Numbered from the stretch's first letter, positions 1 through 14,700 are shown. The stretch is DNA of 64,000 bases from Tubiluchus corallicola (GCA_030141605.1 JAQGDQ010000046.1:620001-684000); one strand, 5' to 3'. The notes: generated by a model not told the origin, from the letters alone. Numbers and translations are program-made.

Positions 1-1939
1 TTTATTCTGAGCTGGTAAAAGCACCGCGAGGCGGTCGAGAGGTTGGACTTAATTAGCTCAGCAAAAAATTTTTTGATGGCTACCTTGCCTTTGAAGCGAT
101 CAGTTTATGCCCACTCATACATACACACAGTGATTGCTATTTCAGTTCAAAATCAATTTTCGTTTTGTTTTGAAAATATCAGTTTGTTCATAGGGCAACA
201 TCGCTATAACAAACCAATATTTTTCATCCACACTGAGGATTTGGAATTAATGTTAGAAAAATTTATCAGCTGCATTTTTATAAACTTGTTTATGCAATTC
301 AAGTTGGAAAATATTTGACTGAATTAGCAATGCACTTTCACAGAATGCAATACAAAATAAAAATAAATATGACTATGGAAACAATAATAAATACGAGCAA
401 AGTAAATAACAGGCTAAGCTACAACAATATTACAAAATAACATTTTGGTTGGGACTCAAAAAACTCAAAAAAGTTATTACTAGTAACACAATAAACCAAA
501 ACTTGACAAAAGGCAAAACTTGACAAAAGTTCATAAACACTGGAATATTCTCACTTAATATTTAAGTCTACAGCTAAACAATCCTACATCTAACACCTAC
601 ATTTATCGCTAGTGTCCTACTTGGGCTGCCCATGTAGGACACTACTTTTAGCGCATCAAGTGGTCTACTTGGCGCAGTGGTCCACTCGGCTCCCAACAGG
701 TGGTCTTCAGTAAGTATCAATTGTTAATTATACAAAAACAAAATACTAGATACCTTCGTAGCTTCATACATATCTTTATAGGTATTCACTGAACCGTCAC
801 AAAATGTAGGTAAAAAATTAGACGATACTATCTCAAACACAAACACAAAATACAACGTGCACGAGGTCAAACGCCTTTTCAGAATTTAATCTGAAATTCT
901 GACAATTTTTCGCCCTTCACTTCTTTCATTAATAATTCTGGATTTTCTTGACGGGTTATCGTGTGCAAAGCCGGCCTCTGTTTTTGTGAGCCTGTTACAG
1001 TGCATTCCTGAAAATCTAAGATTATTACTTTGCCTTAATAAGCACGAATAATAATTATTTTAGTCCTGCTAATTAATTTGGGGTATAGTTGTCGTTGTTG
1101 TTGTTGTTATTATTATTATTACAAACACTGGGATTCAGTTTAGTACACTCCTGTACCGTTAGTCACTTAGTCATCAATCAAGGTTGTCCCTACACTGCTG
1201 TATTGTTATCAGAGATGTTGTCATGAAAAAATGTTCACTGTTCAGCCAAAACATTAATCCGGAGGTTAGTTGCTAGAGCCCGTGAAATTATAGACTCGCA
1301 CGGTTTTCATTTTCGATTACTGTCACATGCCAAAAATGTCTATATAGTGTTGCAGTAATTTTTGAAATGAATTGTGAGACTGCTCTACACAGGATTAATA
1401 TACTATATTACTATACTGAGGATTAATTGTTATGTTCACTACATTACTATACAAAAGTTGAGTGTCCTCGTGTCTCAAAAAATATTATTCCAGCAGCTAA
1501 AATCGACAGATAAAACAAGGTTGAAGCTAATGTGAACTGAGTCTAAAAGCTTTTTACACCTACTGAGCTGCAGACAGGTGCTATGCACGTATTTTGGCTG
1601 ACATAAGCTGCTCGCCGAACCACTTTAGAAAAAATATAGCTTAAATTTGGCTGTATGCATTGCCTACAATTGAAAAGGGCTAGGAAATCAGAATATGTAA
1701 TCAAACTAAAGTGTAAAAACAAACTACAATCACTGAAATTATAAGCAACACAAGAAATAAAATCAATTACATACAGAAGTAAAACATGTAGAAGCAGGCA
1801 AGAATACAAACAACAGGGATCGGAAAGCTTCATAGGAACAGCGTAGTCTCAATGTGACAGTAGATTCGATGCAGATGAAGCATCTCTTTTATCACTGGCA
1901 GAACAGTGATATAATGGGTTGTTTCCCTGCCTGCTTATT

Positions 1940-2548
1940 ATATTGTCAAAATATATTATATTGAACACTAGAACATACAATTTAAAGCAAATTACAGTAA
2001 ACAATAAATTTGGAAATAACTCTATATCAAAACAGGCCATACATTTATGGAACTTACTACCCAGTGAAATAAAACAAATAGAATCTCTCCACCACTTTAA
2101 AAAGAAATTAAAAGAATATCAATATAACAGGTTTCAACTTCCACATTGTGCATCTGATACTAATTACACGGACTCCACTTTCATATACCCCCGCCCCTGA
2201 CTCCATATAATGATTAAAAATGAAATTTTTTTAAAAAAATTATGTAATGTAATACGTGTTATGTTAGTTTCGTGTTTCGTAATGTTAAATGTATAAATAG
2301 TGTGCACTATGTAATGTAAAATTTAATGTACTTTCCTATAATTGTCTGTGAAAATATTTTAATATGGTATTTGTAAATATGTTCATTATATTGTATATAG
2401 TTTGCACTTTAGTTTTTTAGTATGCACTGGACGCATTTGTCTTGAACAGTGTTGTTATTTTAACATTACGCTGAGGCTAACTCAATTTTATTATAATGAG
2501 GGAACCGTTTTTATGACAAATAAAGAATTAATATATATATATATATAT
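1940..2548 (+). mobile_element. 5'-truncated LINE 3' end (CR1/L2-group)
   Basis: ORF2 C-terminus-like LWNLLPSEIKQIESLHHFKKKLK, then an AT-rich UTR, AATAAA and an (AT)n tail. Confidence 0.7.
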
Positions 2549-4720
2549 AAAAACTCGCTTTTATGTTTGACCGTTCTTACTTTTGCAACAATTATCCTGC
2601 GTCATTTGGCAATAGATTGATTTCACAAATTTTGCATTCACTTATTGTTTTTTTCTGTGCGCAATTCTTGTGTAGTCTAGTTGTTTGTGCATTCAACGGC
2701 TGGCAGTGTTTGTTCAAATTCATAGTTCATAGTTTTATTTGTTATGTCAAGCATAGCTTAAAAAATGTATTTGACATGTGGGTTTAATTTAAGTAAGTAT
2801 TTTTCGACCACTCCACACTCTCCCCTCCTTAAATATATGTACCTGTCCTCAGGTATGCAAAGTGAAGTGCTAATTATAAACTGGGGCAGTTCGATCCTTA
2901 CTAATTTCATATGTTCATGTTCGCTATATTAGTGGGTGCATGGCAGAAGTTCACGGCTGTAAGCCAGAAACTATGTTGGGTCCCATGTCAAGTTGGTGCA
3001 TTGTTTTTCTGGTACAAGGTAAATTATGCCATGACATAATACATGCTTGTTATTTTTTCTCTTACCTGTACAGTATTTCGATAAGTTTTATTGCGCAAAA
3101 TCCTTCCTGCACGTCTTGCTTATAATTCCTGTTTAAGAGAATCCTTATTTAATATATCATTTTCTTTTAATGTTCTAATTACAGTGAAATTTGTATATAA
3201 TGACATTGTTTATATGCATGTGTGAAAGCTTATATACTTTAAAAAGCAAAATACATAATTTTTTTATACTAAAAATCACAGTGGCAGTCCATAGTCTTTT
3301 AGTGGTTTCTTATAGCATATTCTCTTTTAGGTGATGGTTCGGGTAGGATGTCTTTTCCTTCTTCCCATATTGCCTCTATTAATTGCGTTCCCATTTTGAA
3401 CGCACATTCTTCTCCAAATGACTTCGTTCATCGACTGATGAAGTGATATTTTTGCATGAACATTAATTTATTTTACCTTAAATTTATTTCCTACATTTGA
3501 ATGTACATAGCGTTATGTTAAAAAATTAGACAGTCAGCTATACTATAAAAATTACAACAGAAGCCGCTAAAAATATTTAAATATATTCGTGGGCACTCAG
3601 ACACGAACGTAATAACGCAAAGCGAATCCTTAAAAAGTGCAATACACAGATGCATAAAACATAAAGAGTTACAGACTTAAAAAGGTAAAAAATGTGAATG
3701 GTCGTAATATTTGTATCAAACATCCTCTTTTTATTCCTTGTCCGTGTTTTATTCCCGCACAAGAAATGCATTGTTTATGCTACACCATCTTTTAATACCC
3801 GATTGGTACCCTGATCAGAAAAAAAATCTTTCATTTGCAATGGATCCTGTTGCAACTGTTGATGTTATAAACGTCCGATTTTGTAATAAAAAATAATGTT
3901 ATAAAAATCAACACATAATGTAAAAACTAACCATAAAGATAGGCCCTGAAAACACACAATGTAATAACTGAAAGTTCAACGCATACTGCAACACCGCAGA
4001 AACGCATAATATAACAACAAAAATTCTGACTGATCTAATAAATTATTATAATAACATAATATAATACATGATTGTGTAACTACAGAATTTATGTTATGTG
4101 GTACCAGTGGTTTAGTGCTGTGGGAATGATGTGTTTCGGAACAGTTACTGTTTCCTTAACTCTGCTTGGAATAAAGAGGGATGGTTCAGATAAACATAGA
4201 TCCATTTCCGTCAAAAGATAAAATATTGTCTTTATTAATCAGTTTTTTATGCAGTATATAAGCAAATGCTTTGAACTGATTCTGAGTATGTTAACCATTG
4301 TGTGCTTAATTACTCTGTACATTTAAATACAGGAACTATGTGCTTTGATTATGTTAACAGTTGTCTTAGATATCGTCAACTATCAGTCCAGTCAGAATTG
4401 TGACAGACTGGCATGCTGCTTCCATCTGTAGATGCAACATATAATTACATTGTACATACATTGTATCCCCGTGCATTTATTGTTTTAGTCTATCTGTTTA
4501 TCTACATTTCAAGTTAATTATACTGACAATTCTGATATAGTTTATCTATTCCGTGCATATAGTCCAGACTTTCTTGTTGAGTTAGTTTTATTTTTACTGC
4601 TGTGTCGTCGGCCATTTTGTATGACTGTGACCTAGATTGACCTTGAAACACCATTATACTTGCACCATTATACATGTCTATATCAGCTGATAGTACACTT
4701 ATGACATCTTAAATTTTCCC

Positions 4721-4873
4721 TAGTCGAGTAATTTTTACTTTAATTTTCTTCCCCAAAGTGGATTTCAGGGGATTTTTAATACATGTATGACGACTTTCTG
4801 GGTGTCTGTGCAAAAATTCAGTTTTGCACTAATATAATTTTTGTCCGGGTCATACCTTGTTTTGACCCGACTA
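4721..4873. mobile_element. Small MITE-like remnant
   Basis: Imperfect inverted termini TAGTCGAGTAA ... TTGACCCGACTA. Confidence 0.3.
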
Positions 4874-5069
4874 ATAAGCCTACAATATTATTCTACTGGA
4901 AGTGTATCCAAATACCAAATTAGTTGCACACAGACCTTTAACTCTGTATAGTATTACGTCAAAAATTTAAAGAGTTCGTGGATGCTGCTATTTTACTATT
5001 ACTACGGCACTGAGTATTTTTAAATTAGACCTGCTAAATAACCCATAGACTAACATCAACACAGAAACA

Positions 5070-6451
5070 CGAAACAAAAGAAAGAGCCAGACCGTTAATA
5101 CCCTGAAGAATTTGCAATAACCACATCAAACTTGTATGACATGTGGTAGAATGATTGCTCAAGCACAAAGGCACATTGGATTATTGGGGTCATATGTAAT
5201 CACGTTGCCATGACATCCTACTAGTGTACAAATGCGAGTTAGAAAAATTCGAATAGTGCCTTCCCACGGCCCACAAATTATAATTATAATCATAATTTTA
5301 TGCAAAGGTTACTACACACCAAAAATCTAAAACGAAGGACAAATGGTTTTGGCAAAAAAATTAAGTCATTTGTCAACGACGCTCGATGTTTTAATGAACC
5401 ATGTCAAACCGCCTCGGCATAAGCTTTACTTGAATATCTTACAAAATGTTTGACACATTCTCTGTAGATTACCTTTAGGTGACTCCTGCTCGGGCAAAAT
5501 GTGGCAGTGTCAAACCCATCTTGCACTAAGCTTTAATTTGATATGTTACACAATATGTTTGAGAGATTCTCTGTATATGACCTTTAGGTGACCCCAGATG
5601 GGCCAACATTTGTTAGTGTCAAACCCGCTACACCCCAAGCTTTAATTTGAAATTAAGACTTGAGTAAGTAATTTGATATATTAGTCGATATGATTGAGAC
5701 ATTCTTTGTTGATGACCTTTGGGCGACTCCAGCGTGGACCAAAATCTTGGCAGTGTCAAAAACTCTAGTATTACAATGTCTTCTGTTTATGTTTTATGTT
5801 GCATCTGTTTGCCCTCAGAATTGTCAAAGAATATGTACTTTATCTGTTTTGGAAGAAATGGTCTCTGTAAATGACCTTTAGGTTACCTCAGGTGGGGAAA
5901 TATTTGTTAGTGTCAAACCTGCCTCACCCCAAGCTTAATTTCAATTTGATATATTACTCGATATGACTGAGACCATCCTTGTTGATGATCCCTGGTGGGC
6001 CAAAATTTTGGCAGGATTGAAAACTCTAGTATTGCAATGTTTCCTGTGTGTTGCACCTGTTTGGCCTCAAAATTGTCAAAGCATATGTACTTTATCTGTT
6101 TTGGAAGAAATGGTCATTTTTACATCCTACCAACCGTCAAATCTTGTCTACTGGTCATATAATCTACAGTCCAAAATTGCTATAAAAATATTTTGTTTGT
6201 CACATACATCACGTAGATTTTTAGCAAAATGTGCAGAAAGCCCACACAACTTAAACATAGGGTCGCGACCTTTCAAGGCTAGGTCATTCATTTTGAATCA
6301 TGACATGCTTGTTATGCCAAGGTTGCTGCACACCAAAAATGTCCACGACCTGAGATAAATATAGAAAGCTAAGTCAATTATGGACGACGCTCGACAGACG
6401 TCGCATGACGGCAACAGGTTCCATTACTGACTAAAGTCAGGAGACCTAAAA
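5070..6451 (+). mobile_element. Helentron-associated (HINE-like) non-autonomous element with internal tandem repeats
   Basis: Units of about 105-155 bp anchored at TGTCAAA (5402, 5508, 5617, 5754, 5911). A GGACGACG...CAGACG tract is followed by a terminal hairpin CTGAC-TAAA-GTCAG and GAGACCTAAAA. The 5' boundary is uncertain. Confidence 0.55.
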
Positions 6452-6519
6452 CAAAAGTTATTTTCTGAAATATTTAAAATCTGCTTTATGAAACTAGGAA
6501 AAAATCCCAGCATTCAATT

Positions 6520-8499
6520 TTCTGCAGATGACATTAATTTTTATTGTAACCATACAGTTTTACAAAGAAGTTTTTTGTTCATTTGCAATGTACGTATGTA
6601 TAATAATTGATAAATACGGTTCATAAACAGATAAAAACAAAGTTCATCAAATTAATGATTATAATTCTGGTTTTATACGAGTTACCTGATGGTCTATTTT
6701 ATCAAAATGGACTCACCAAGACAACGACAGATTAGATGGGAGCCTTAATCCATCGGTATGTATGCCAAACATGTACAGGTAAGTAAATTACGTTTCATGC
6801 GAAAAGTAAATTATATTTCATGAAATCAAACATCACTAATTCTAAAAGACATTTCAGTTAGATTTTGGATCGTGCATTGGCAGGAGGGTGGACAGACCTG
6901 CTGATGAGATGATGATTATTAAACAAAATAAGAAATTATAATGTGTGATAACGGCAGGCAGTCGGGCCAAGTTTGCATGTTTGATCCAAGACTGGCTAAA
7001 AACATTCAGTGATTGTTTACCATTTATAGTTTGAAAGTTGTAAAAGTCGTATGTTATGTACTATAGTTTTTGCTGGCAGTGTTATATGTATGTAGTGTAT
7101 ACTTAATTTATACATGCCAAAGTCTAAAGAAAAAGACATAATTATAGTTAACAGATTATGTATTTTGAAATACATCGAATACCTTGGAAAAGGCACTTGC
7201 CCATTGTACTCAGGCAGCCTAATAACACTTATAATATTATGATCCTTTTATACACATTATAAACAAAATTGTTATTATAATAAATAGCATCACATAATTA
7301 TTTTAAACAGTTTATACAAAGAACCAAGCTGGCAAAGTTATAATCATACATTACAAAACGAAGTAGCAGCTATTCATAAAATGCTGCTTTTTAGCAGTAC
7401 TTTACTGCGTTTTTTCCATAATAAATAACTTACAGTAGCAGTAAGTGCAGAAAATGACTACATGGAGAATAAACACAAATTCTGATTTCTATAGAATAAA
7501 TATAGGGCTACTATTTCTTAAATAATGTCATACAGTTACACTGTATGGCTTTTGGACTCTGTGAACCCAAAAACTAAAAAAGTCTTGTGGGAGCCTTTGT
7601 TAAAGCAAAAGAAATAAAGCGCAGTATCTGCAGCATGCAGAGACTGTATCTATAGAGCTGCTCTAATTTACTGAATTGCCTAAATGCTTAATTACATTTT
7701 ACCATGTTTATAAAACTTCACTTTCTATAGACATATTAGTGTAATTATCAGCATTTCAAAATTTAATTTAGGTGTCGGTAAACTATAACATTGTGTTTAC
7801 AGCTTTTTTAATTTGTAGACAGTATAAACTACTAAATATAGCCAAATTTAGTGTAAGTTTTGTAAACAAAAAGGAATGTAAGAAAACATTATTTGTTGGT
7901 AATATTGTAATACACCTGCAACATTAGGCTAAAATGTTTGTCAGATAACCACTCAGTTAACAATAAAACAAACACACACTATACGCAATAATTACTAAAG
8001 AAAAAAACGACACAATCAAAAAATTACATTCATCCAACTTATAAACAGTGGTTACATAAATGTGACTGTACTACTGACCAATGTACCTAAAATCTTTTTC
8101 AATGAAAAACGAACAAGGCAAGAAAGGCTGCCTATATATGTTGTAATCAAGGATAAATAGACCATGTTCATATGTATGTTATGTCACAACATAACTTTAC
8201 AACACTGATTACACTCGAGGTTACACCTATCAAAACATTAGGCCACACCATTAGCACAAATCTAAAAGAGACTGCAAGTGTTGCTGCCTGTGTACTGAAG
8301 TGTTAACGTCTTATGTACAGTGACCAATAGCAGTGTGTAACAAACGGCAAAAGCACGCAGTCTATAAAATAAACATCACAAATTTTTCTTAAAGTTAAGT
8401 TTCTAATACAAAGCAATGATCACAACAATAGTTATTTATTATGGAATAAAGTTGATACATGCCAGTTTTCGTGGAACGCTAAGTACCAGAATGCTATGG
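6520..8499 (-). other. Probable 3' UTR of ARHGEF17 (up to about 2 kb)
   Basis: No obvious TE between the stop codon and about 6460; minus-strand AATAAA at 8440-8435 and 6545-6540. Confidence 0.45.
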
Positions 8500-8750
8500 C
8501 TATACTTGCCACATCAGCAAGTGATTAGTGCTGTCATCACGGCCAGCAGCATCATGCTGTGCAACATGCTGGAAGTCTTCAAATCCATCTCCACCACTGA
8601 TAATTAGTACTTTATTTGTTGCAGAAACAGAGCCTCGTCTGCGTGCTGCTCTCCCCTTGCCTTGCTGAGCTCTCACAGACATTGTTCGTTTTGCAGTCAT
8701 TTCAACACAGGAGAGAAAGCGCACATGTCCCGTATGACCATGGGATATAC
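8500..8750 (-). CDS. ARHGEF17: ARHGEF17 last coding exon (ISHGHTGHVRFL...STNHLLMWQV*)
   Basis: catcag acceptor, TAG at 8502-8500, second in-frame TAG one codon later. Confidence 0.93.
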
Positions 8751-11700
8751 CTGATGCAATGTAAATAATATAAGCTATAGAAAAACATCAATATAATTAG
8801 CAATGACTCTTAGAAGCCATTAATAAAGGAGGGAATATTACAGAACCTCGCATTGATTTAATTCACAAAAAGACAGCTATTTATATCTTGCAGCCTTGCA
8901 GTATCATAGACAGTATAATGCCACCTATACTGCATAACTGAAGACCATTGTGTTAGACCTTACAGACATTGATAGGGTTTGGCATAAAGCAGACTGTCAT
9001 TTGTGGTATCGATACTGCTAAAGTACAGCAAACAAAAATAGTAAAATCTTATAGTACAGATACAATTTTATTTTTTATATAGTTTGCCACATTATATATA
9101 GTTTTATATAGTAAGCCAGTATACAGTACTCCCAAGCAGTACTTACTACTAATGTCAAATGTTGTGAAAGGATTGAACTTCAACTAATTATCATGGATAA
9201 TTCTGTAAGATAAAGCGTTTAACTGACAGAGGTGTATTGATCCTGGCAGATACAGTATTACAGTAGACGTCGCTTAATAGACTCCCGATTCGGTTAATAG
9301 ACTCAATCGCTTAATTCACTCAAAAATGCCTGGCACCTGTCGCTTCTATTCAAATATACATAAAACTGTTGGTAATTGACTGAAATAACTCAATTGACTC
9401 AATATTTCCTTAAAGTACTTAAAATAAGACATTTGAATGTGCCCAAAGAGCCTTTTCCACTTTTATGTCATCTTTACTTCACTTTTGTGCACTATAATAT
9501 ATGTAGAAACAATCACATTAAGTACTGTTTTGTTTGTAGGCAGGTACAGTATGTTTATCATGTGCTATTACGCTAGCGTTGCGGTTAACCTCGTTACCCA
9601 AGAATTTCTGGAAGCTAAAAATGTAATCACTTGTCTATCGGTTTCCTTGTAAAGCTCTCGCTTAATCAGTTAACAGTCACTGATGCAGGTACAGTCATTT
9701 TTGCAAACAAGCAGGCATGTATGATTTAAAAGATGCAATACTTAAAAAGAGCATACTTTTTAATTTATTGCTAATTCACCTATATAAATTATTTTAAAAT
9801 ACTTTTTTAACATTTTTAGTTGCACAAAGGAATTTAGGCATTTCTTCATTTCTAAAATTCATTAAAAACTTTTACAATGCATAGTAATCTGACAACTCAT
9901 ACCAGTAATACTACACCCATCAGTTAATAGGTTCAGTCGGTTAATTGTGTCAAAACACTTCCATCCCGATCCGTCCCGAAGTGAGTCTATTAAGTGTATG
10001 TACAACAAGCAGGCTTTTAAAAGTACTTGTAAGTTTCTGAAGTATGAAATCAATCTTCAAAAAAATTACTAGCATCTTCACAAAAATCACTAACACAGAA
10101 ATTGGAAATAATACAAGCTTTAACACCTTGTGTCACATTTTGGCTATGTTTGACCCATTTGACCACTTACCCACAACACTAGGGGCCAGTATAGGTCGTG
10201 TGATAGTAGAGTTGATATGAGGACACGTAAGATTAAGTATCACACCAGCACTTGTTCCGATCCACAGCAGGTCCTTACAGCAGAGAAGTGCTGTTATGCG
10301 TAAACATGCTGCTTTGTGTTGCCTGATGATATCGTCACAACCTAAAAACACATTTATTCATCTAAATGCAATATGTCTACTGTGAACCATTCTAAGTAAA
10401 TATTTGTAAGTAGTAGAAGTACCCTAATTGACTGGTAGGTCATATACCAATAGAATCAACCACCATACAACCCTATAAAACCACTTACCGATGTCAGACT
10501 GGCAAGATAATTGCCGGGCACACCAAGCAGCGAATGTAATATTCAAAAATCTTGATAACATTGCTCACATACACAAAACACTAATAAAGGCAGCAGGAAG
10601 TGCTGCATCTCTCTAGTAAACCAAGCCTGTTGTCAATACATTTACTGGAAACTTGCAGTGGAAGAAAAACAGCAAACCACACAGTTTGTGGCAGTGAAAT
10701 TAGATGATCAATTCAACAGGCTCTTAATTTATTTAGTACATTAAAATCTGCCAGAGGGACACCAGCAAAAGGTGGCTCTCTATATCTAAAATACATAGTA
10801 CTTGTATCAAGCAGTTAATAGCAGAGATATAAAAACATTATAACAACACGTATATTAGGCATGTATATAGCCAATAGGCTTAGAAAATCACTGACACAGC
10901 CACCTACCGCAGAAATGTACACATACTACCTGCAAGACACTTGGTGACTGCTGCAGATACATTCACATCAAATATGCATTCATACGTCACAGCATGAAAT
11001 ATCTTGATAACAGCACTGTTTTGTACAGAGATCCATACACCATAGCCAGATCCCACCATACAGAGAACGGCTCTACTGACGTCGTTGCAGACAGGAAATG
11101 TGTGCTGCAGTATCAAAAACAACTTTTTCGAGCATTGTCACAAATACCAGCAATAGTTATAAACTAATAGAATAATCAATTTTTATCAGTCTGCCAAAAA
11201 TTGTTGATTTTGCTACATCTGACACAAGAAGGACAAAACCACAGCAAGAAAAAGTTCTTATCAATAATGACTTTCATGAAATCTGCTTTGTCTTGTTTAC
11301 TATCAATCATGCTTCAGTTTATTTAAATATTTTTTGAATGTTTTTGCAGGTGTATATAATCATTAACTGTAATAAAGTAAAACAAACTGTTTATACCTCG
11401 ACTGAGAGACTAGATGTATTAACGACTAGAATTGAATTCTGGCAACCACACCACAGTTTTCCTTGTACAGCCAGCATACGTGTGATGGGAGATGTAGCGC
11501 TACCTAGAGTAACTGTAAGGGGATCATTGGTGTCCCAGCCACCAACTGTAAGAAACGGGAAAGTATTTTCATTAAACTAATGTGGGAAATTAGTCTCATT
11601 TACAAGTCACTGTTAGTACTTTGACTTGCTACTATTTTTTATCAGGTAAAACAAAAATAAAAATTAATGATAATTTCCATACATTTAGCTGTTTATTTAT

Positions 11701-14700
11701 CTATTGATACAGTTCACTACTTTAGTGCTCACTGGCATAATCTTTATGGTACTATAAATTCTACCACACAGTACACTTGAATTTAACGCTTCATTAAAAG
11801 CACAGCAAAATTTATAGTGTACATAACATTTCAGCACTTGATATTTGGGCAAGAGACACGTGAGCACCAGACATTTGAACACAGAAATTTCTTAAATTTA
11901 ATGCTGTACCTAATTTTTTATTTTTGTCATTTTAAACATTAAATTAAAGGATCATTATTTTCCTAACTTTCACAATATTTTTTTTAAATTGTTTCGCTAA
12001 ATTAAATATTATGCAATGATGTACGTATAATAATTAGATGAATCAATTGATTCTGCACTGCTTGGTTTTTCAATTTTAATGTGTTGTTCATAAAGTAAAT
12101 GAAGCAGAAGAAGACACTGCAAGTTTAGATTAGCACATTATTAAAATATGATTATTATTTATCTCAAAAATATCTGGTGCATCATATAAGCAATAAACAG
12201 TAAATGTATATTCACAATAAGAATTAAACTCAGTGGCTTAGTGTTGTGTTTTGTTTCTCTCGAAAGGCTCGTAGAGAAAACCAGAAAACATGCTTTATTT
12301 AGCGAGAATTCTACTATACAAAAGATGAAGGAACGTTGAAATGATTATAATAAACGTGAAAATCTGGAAAACGTTTAAGTAAGTATAAATGCGTAAGTAC
12401 AAGTCCGTGTTAGATCTGTGTGCTCTGTGTGCGATGTGCGATCCCGTGTCAGCAGCCTGCTTCGCCTTATATAGCGCACTGCAGAAACTTCTGCGGTCAT
12501 TCCGACGGAACATTCCATGCAATTCTAATTGATGCCAGCAATCTCCACAACACTTAGTGCAGCAATTCAACTTTTATTATCCCAATACTGCATTCAGTGA
12601 GCGTTTTAAAAGAAACTGACATGAAAAATAATTGATGTCGAGCTACCATACCACTTGAAAATGACCAGATCAATTAATGATCCAAATGCTTTTCAATGAC
12701 TATCAGTATCAAATTTAATTAAATTTTGTTTAAATCAAGATTAACCATTGTTGCAAACTTTGCTGCCCTATCTTCAACAGCAGAGTTATAGTTGTTTCCA
12801 ATTTCAATTATGTGATCATACTTATAAAAATAATTATTCCTTTTCGTACAAAAATATCACATGTTTTAAAAAGAGGATGGTAATCAGGCAATAGACAAAG
12901 ATAAACACATTTTAATTTACTAGGCATTTGTAGCACAAAACAGAGATAATGAATGCATGCTTGTGTGACCGGATTGAGTCACACTGTATGTAGCAGTGCA
13001 GAGTATGTCGACTCTGGTACTCAAATGTCTTGCACTCAAGCAAGTCAGTGTCCAAGTGTCTGGCATCTGAATGGCTTTGTGCAACTTTCTTGTACCCAAA
13101 TAGCCTGCTCTCAAATTTATCATAAAAAACACAAATTTTTTTTTGTAGAAAGATAAGAGCAAGTATATTGCTGGCTTACCAAGATAAAGTTGGCTTACCT
13201 GAATCCCTTTTATATACACAGAGGTTGCCGTTAGCTAAAGATATAAATACTTTATTGTCCAAATATCTGAAAAAAGAAAACTCAACTAAATAGCTATGCT
13301 TTTATCAACCAGATGACCGGATCTGCTAAATACAAATGTGTGAAATTGCAAAAGCATGAGTAAACTTAAACTAACTCTTGGAGAAGCTAGACTGCTTGGT
13401 GAGCTGTTAGGATTAACTTATGGTCAGGCTTAATTGCACGGAGCAAGTGACCTGATGATCATATCATTTAACTGAAATCCAAAAAGTCCTTGGTGCAAAG
13501 CCACAATCAGGCCCAAGCCTTTCGTAGCCCCTTATCAGTCATATTTTGTAGTAATGTTAAACGATATAAATGTGGTGATATGATAGCAATGCGATATGGT
13601 ACTTTTTTCCAATGACATGAAAATGATAAACTATTTTTTAAACAACATGATATGATATGATAACATATTTCGAACGATAAAAATGATACTGAAGTTGGAC
13701 AATTTATGCAACAACAGAAAAAGTATCATTAATAATTAAAATTATTTAGTGCTTCAGTGAATTGTATACATGAATCACGCATCATGAAATGGCCGCTAGT
13801 TATGGAACACAAGTTTGTTTGTCATAATGATTCATAAGTAAGTAAACAACAACAGATAAACATAGTACTGCAATAAAAATATTTATCTATGCGACCTGAC
13901 CGGGAAAGTGACTCTAAAAATATGGTAAAGTGTGTCTGACATCTGCGCATCAATTGGTATAAAAATGTATAAAGGGGTCTTTACACTTTGTCAGTATGAT
14001 TCAGAATAAATGTAGCCATTATTGACAATTGGCGTCTGAAAAGCTTACAATTTTAAATAATTCTTTTTATCCACTTATTTACATAATTACTGTAAATAAA
14101 TAGAAAAGAAAAGTGAAGCAATCTTAGAAAGGCAAGCCATAAGGAACGAATGTAATGTGCCAAATTTGGTACAATAATGATATTCCTAGAACAATATCAA
14201 AGGTAAAAGGTACGACACGACAAAGGTAAAACAATTTTTTTCATATCGATACGATAATCGATAACTATCTACACATAGTGTTATTGTTAATGACCCTAAT
14301 ATTTCCCATGAAAATTGTACAACTGCGTGCTTATTCCATCAGCCCTAGTCAAGTGTTAATTTTAGAAACAGATGCTTCAAATGGAATTTTACAAGAATAG
14401 AATGAAATTACTCACATAATACAATGTATTGCTGCAGTGTGTTGCAGCTTTACTTTGTTCTTCTTGATCCGAATGTTATCATTACAATTATATATATGTA
14501 TGCTGAAATAAAAAGATTATCACTAGACAAGTTTTTTATCTACACAATGAGTACTTTTATAAATCTGACATTTTCCTTAGCCAGCACGTAATCATCGCAT
14601 ATAACATAACATGCCAATTGTAAACAAAAGTAAATGTGGGGGATACAGATATCCTTCATTCATAAGTGAAGCGCAGTTCACCATGCAAATTTAGGATAAT

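Noticed and set aside
5690-6358. Two paralogous ORFs (MIETFFVDD.../MTETILVDD...) suggesting a duplicated gene, or a CRISPR-like array
   Set aside because: The similarity is explained by tandem repeat units. There are no unique spacers, no cas genes, and the context is eukaryotic.
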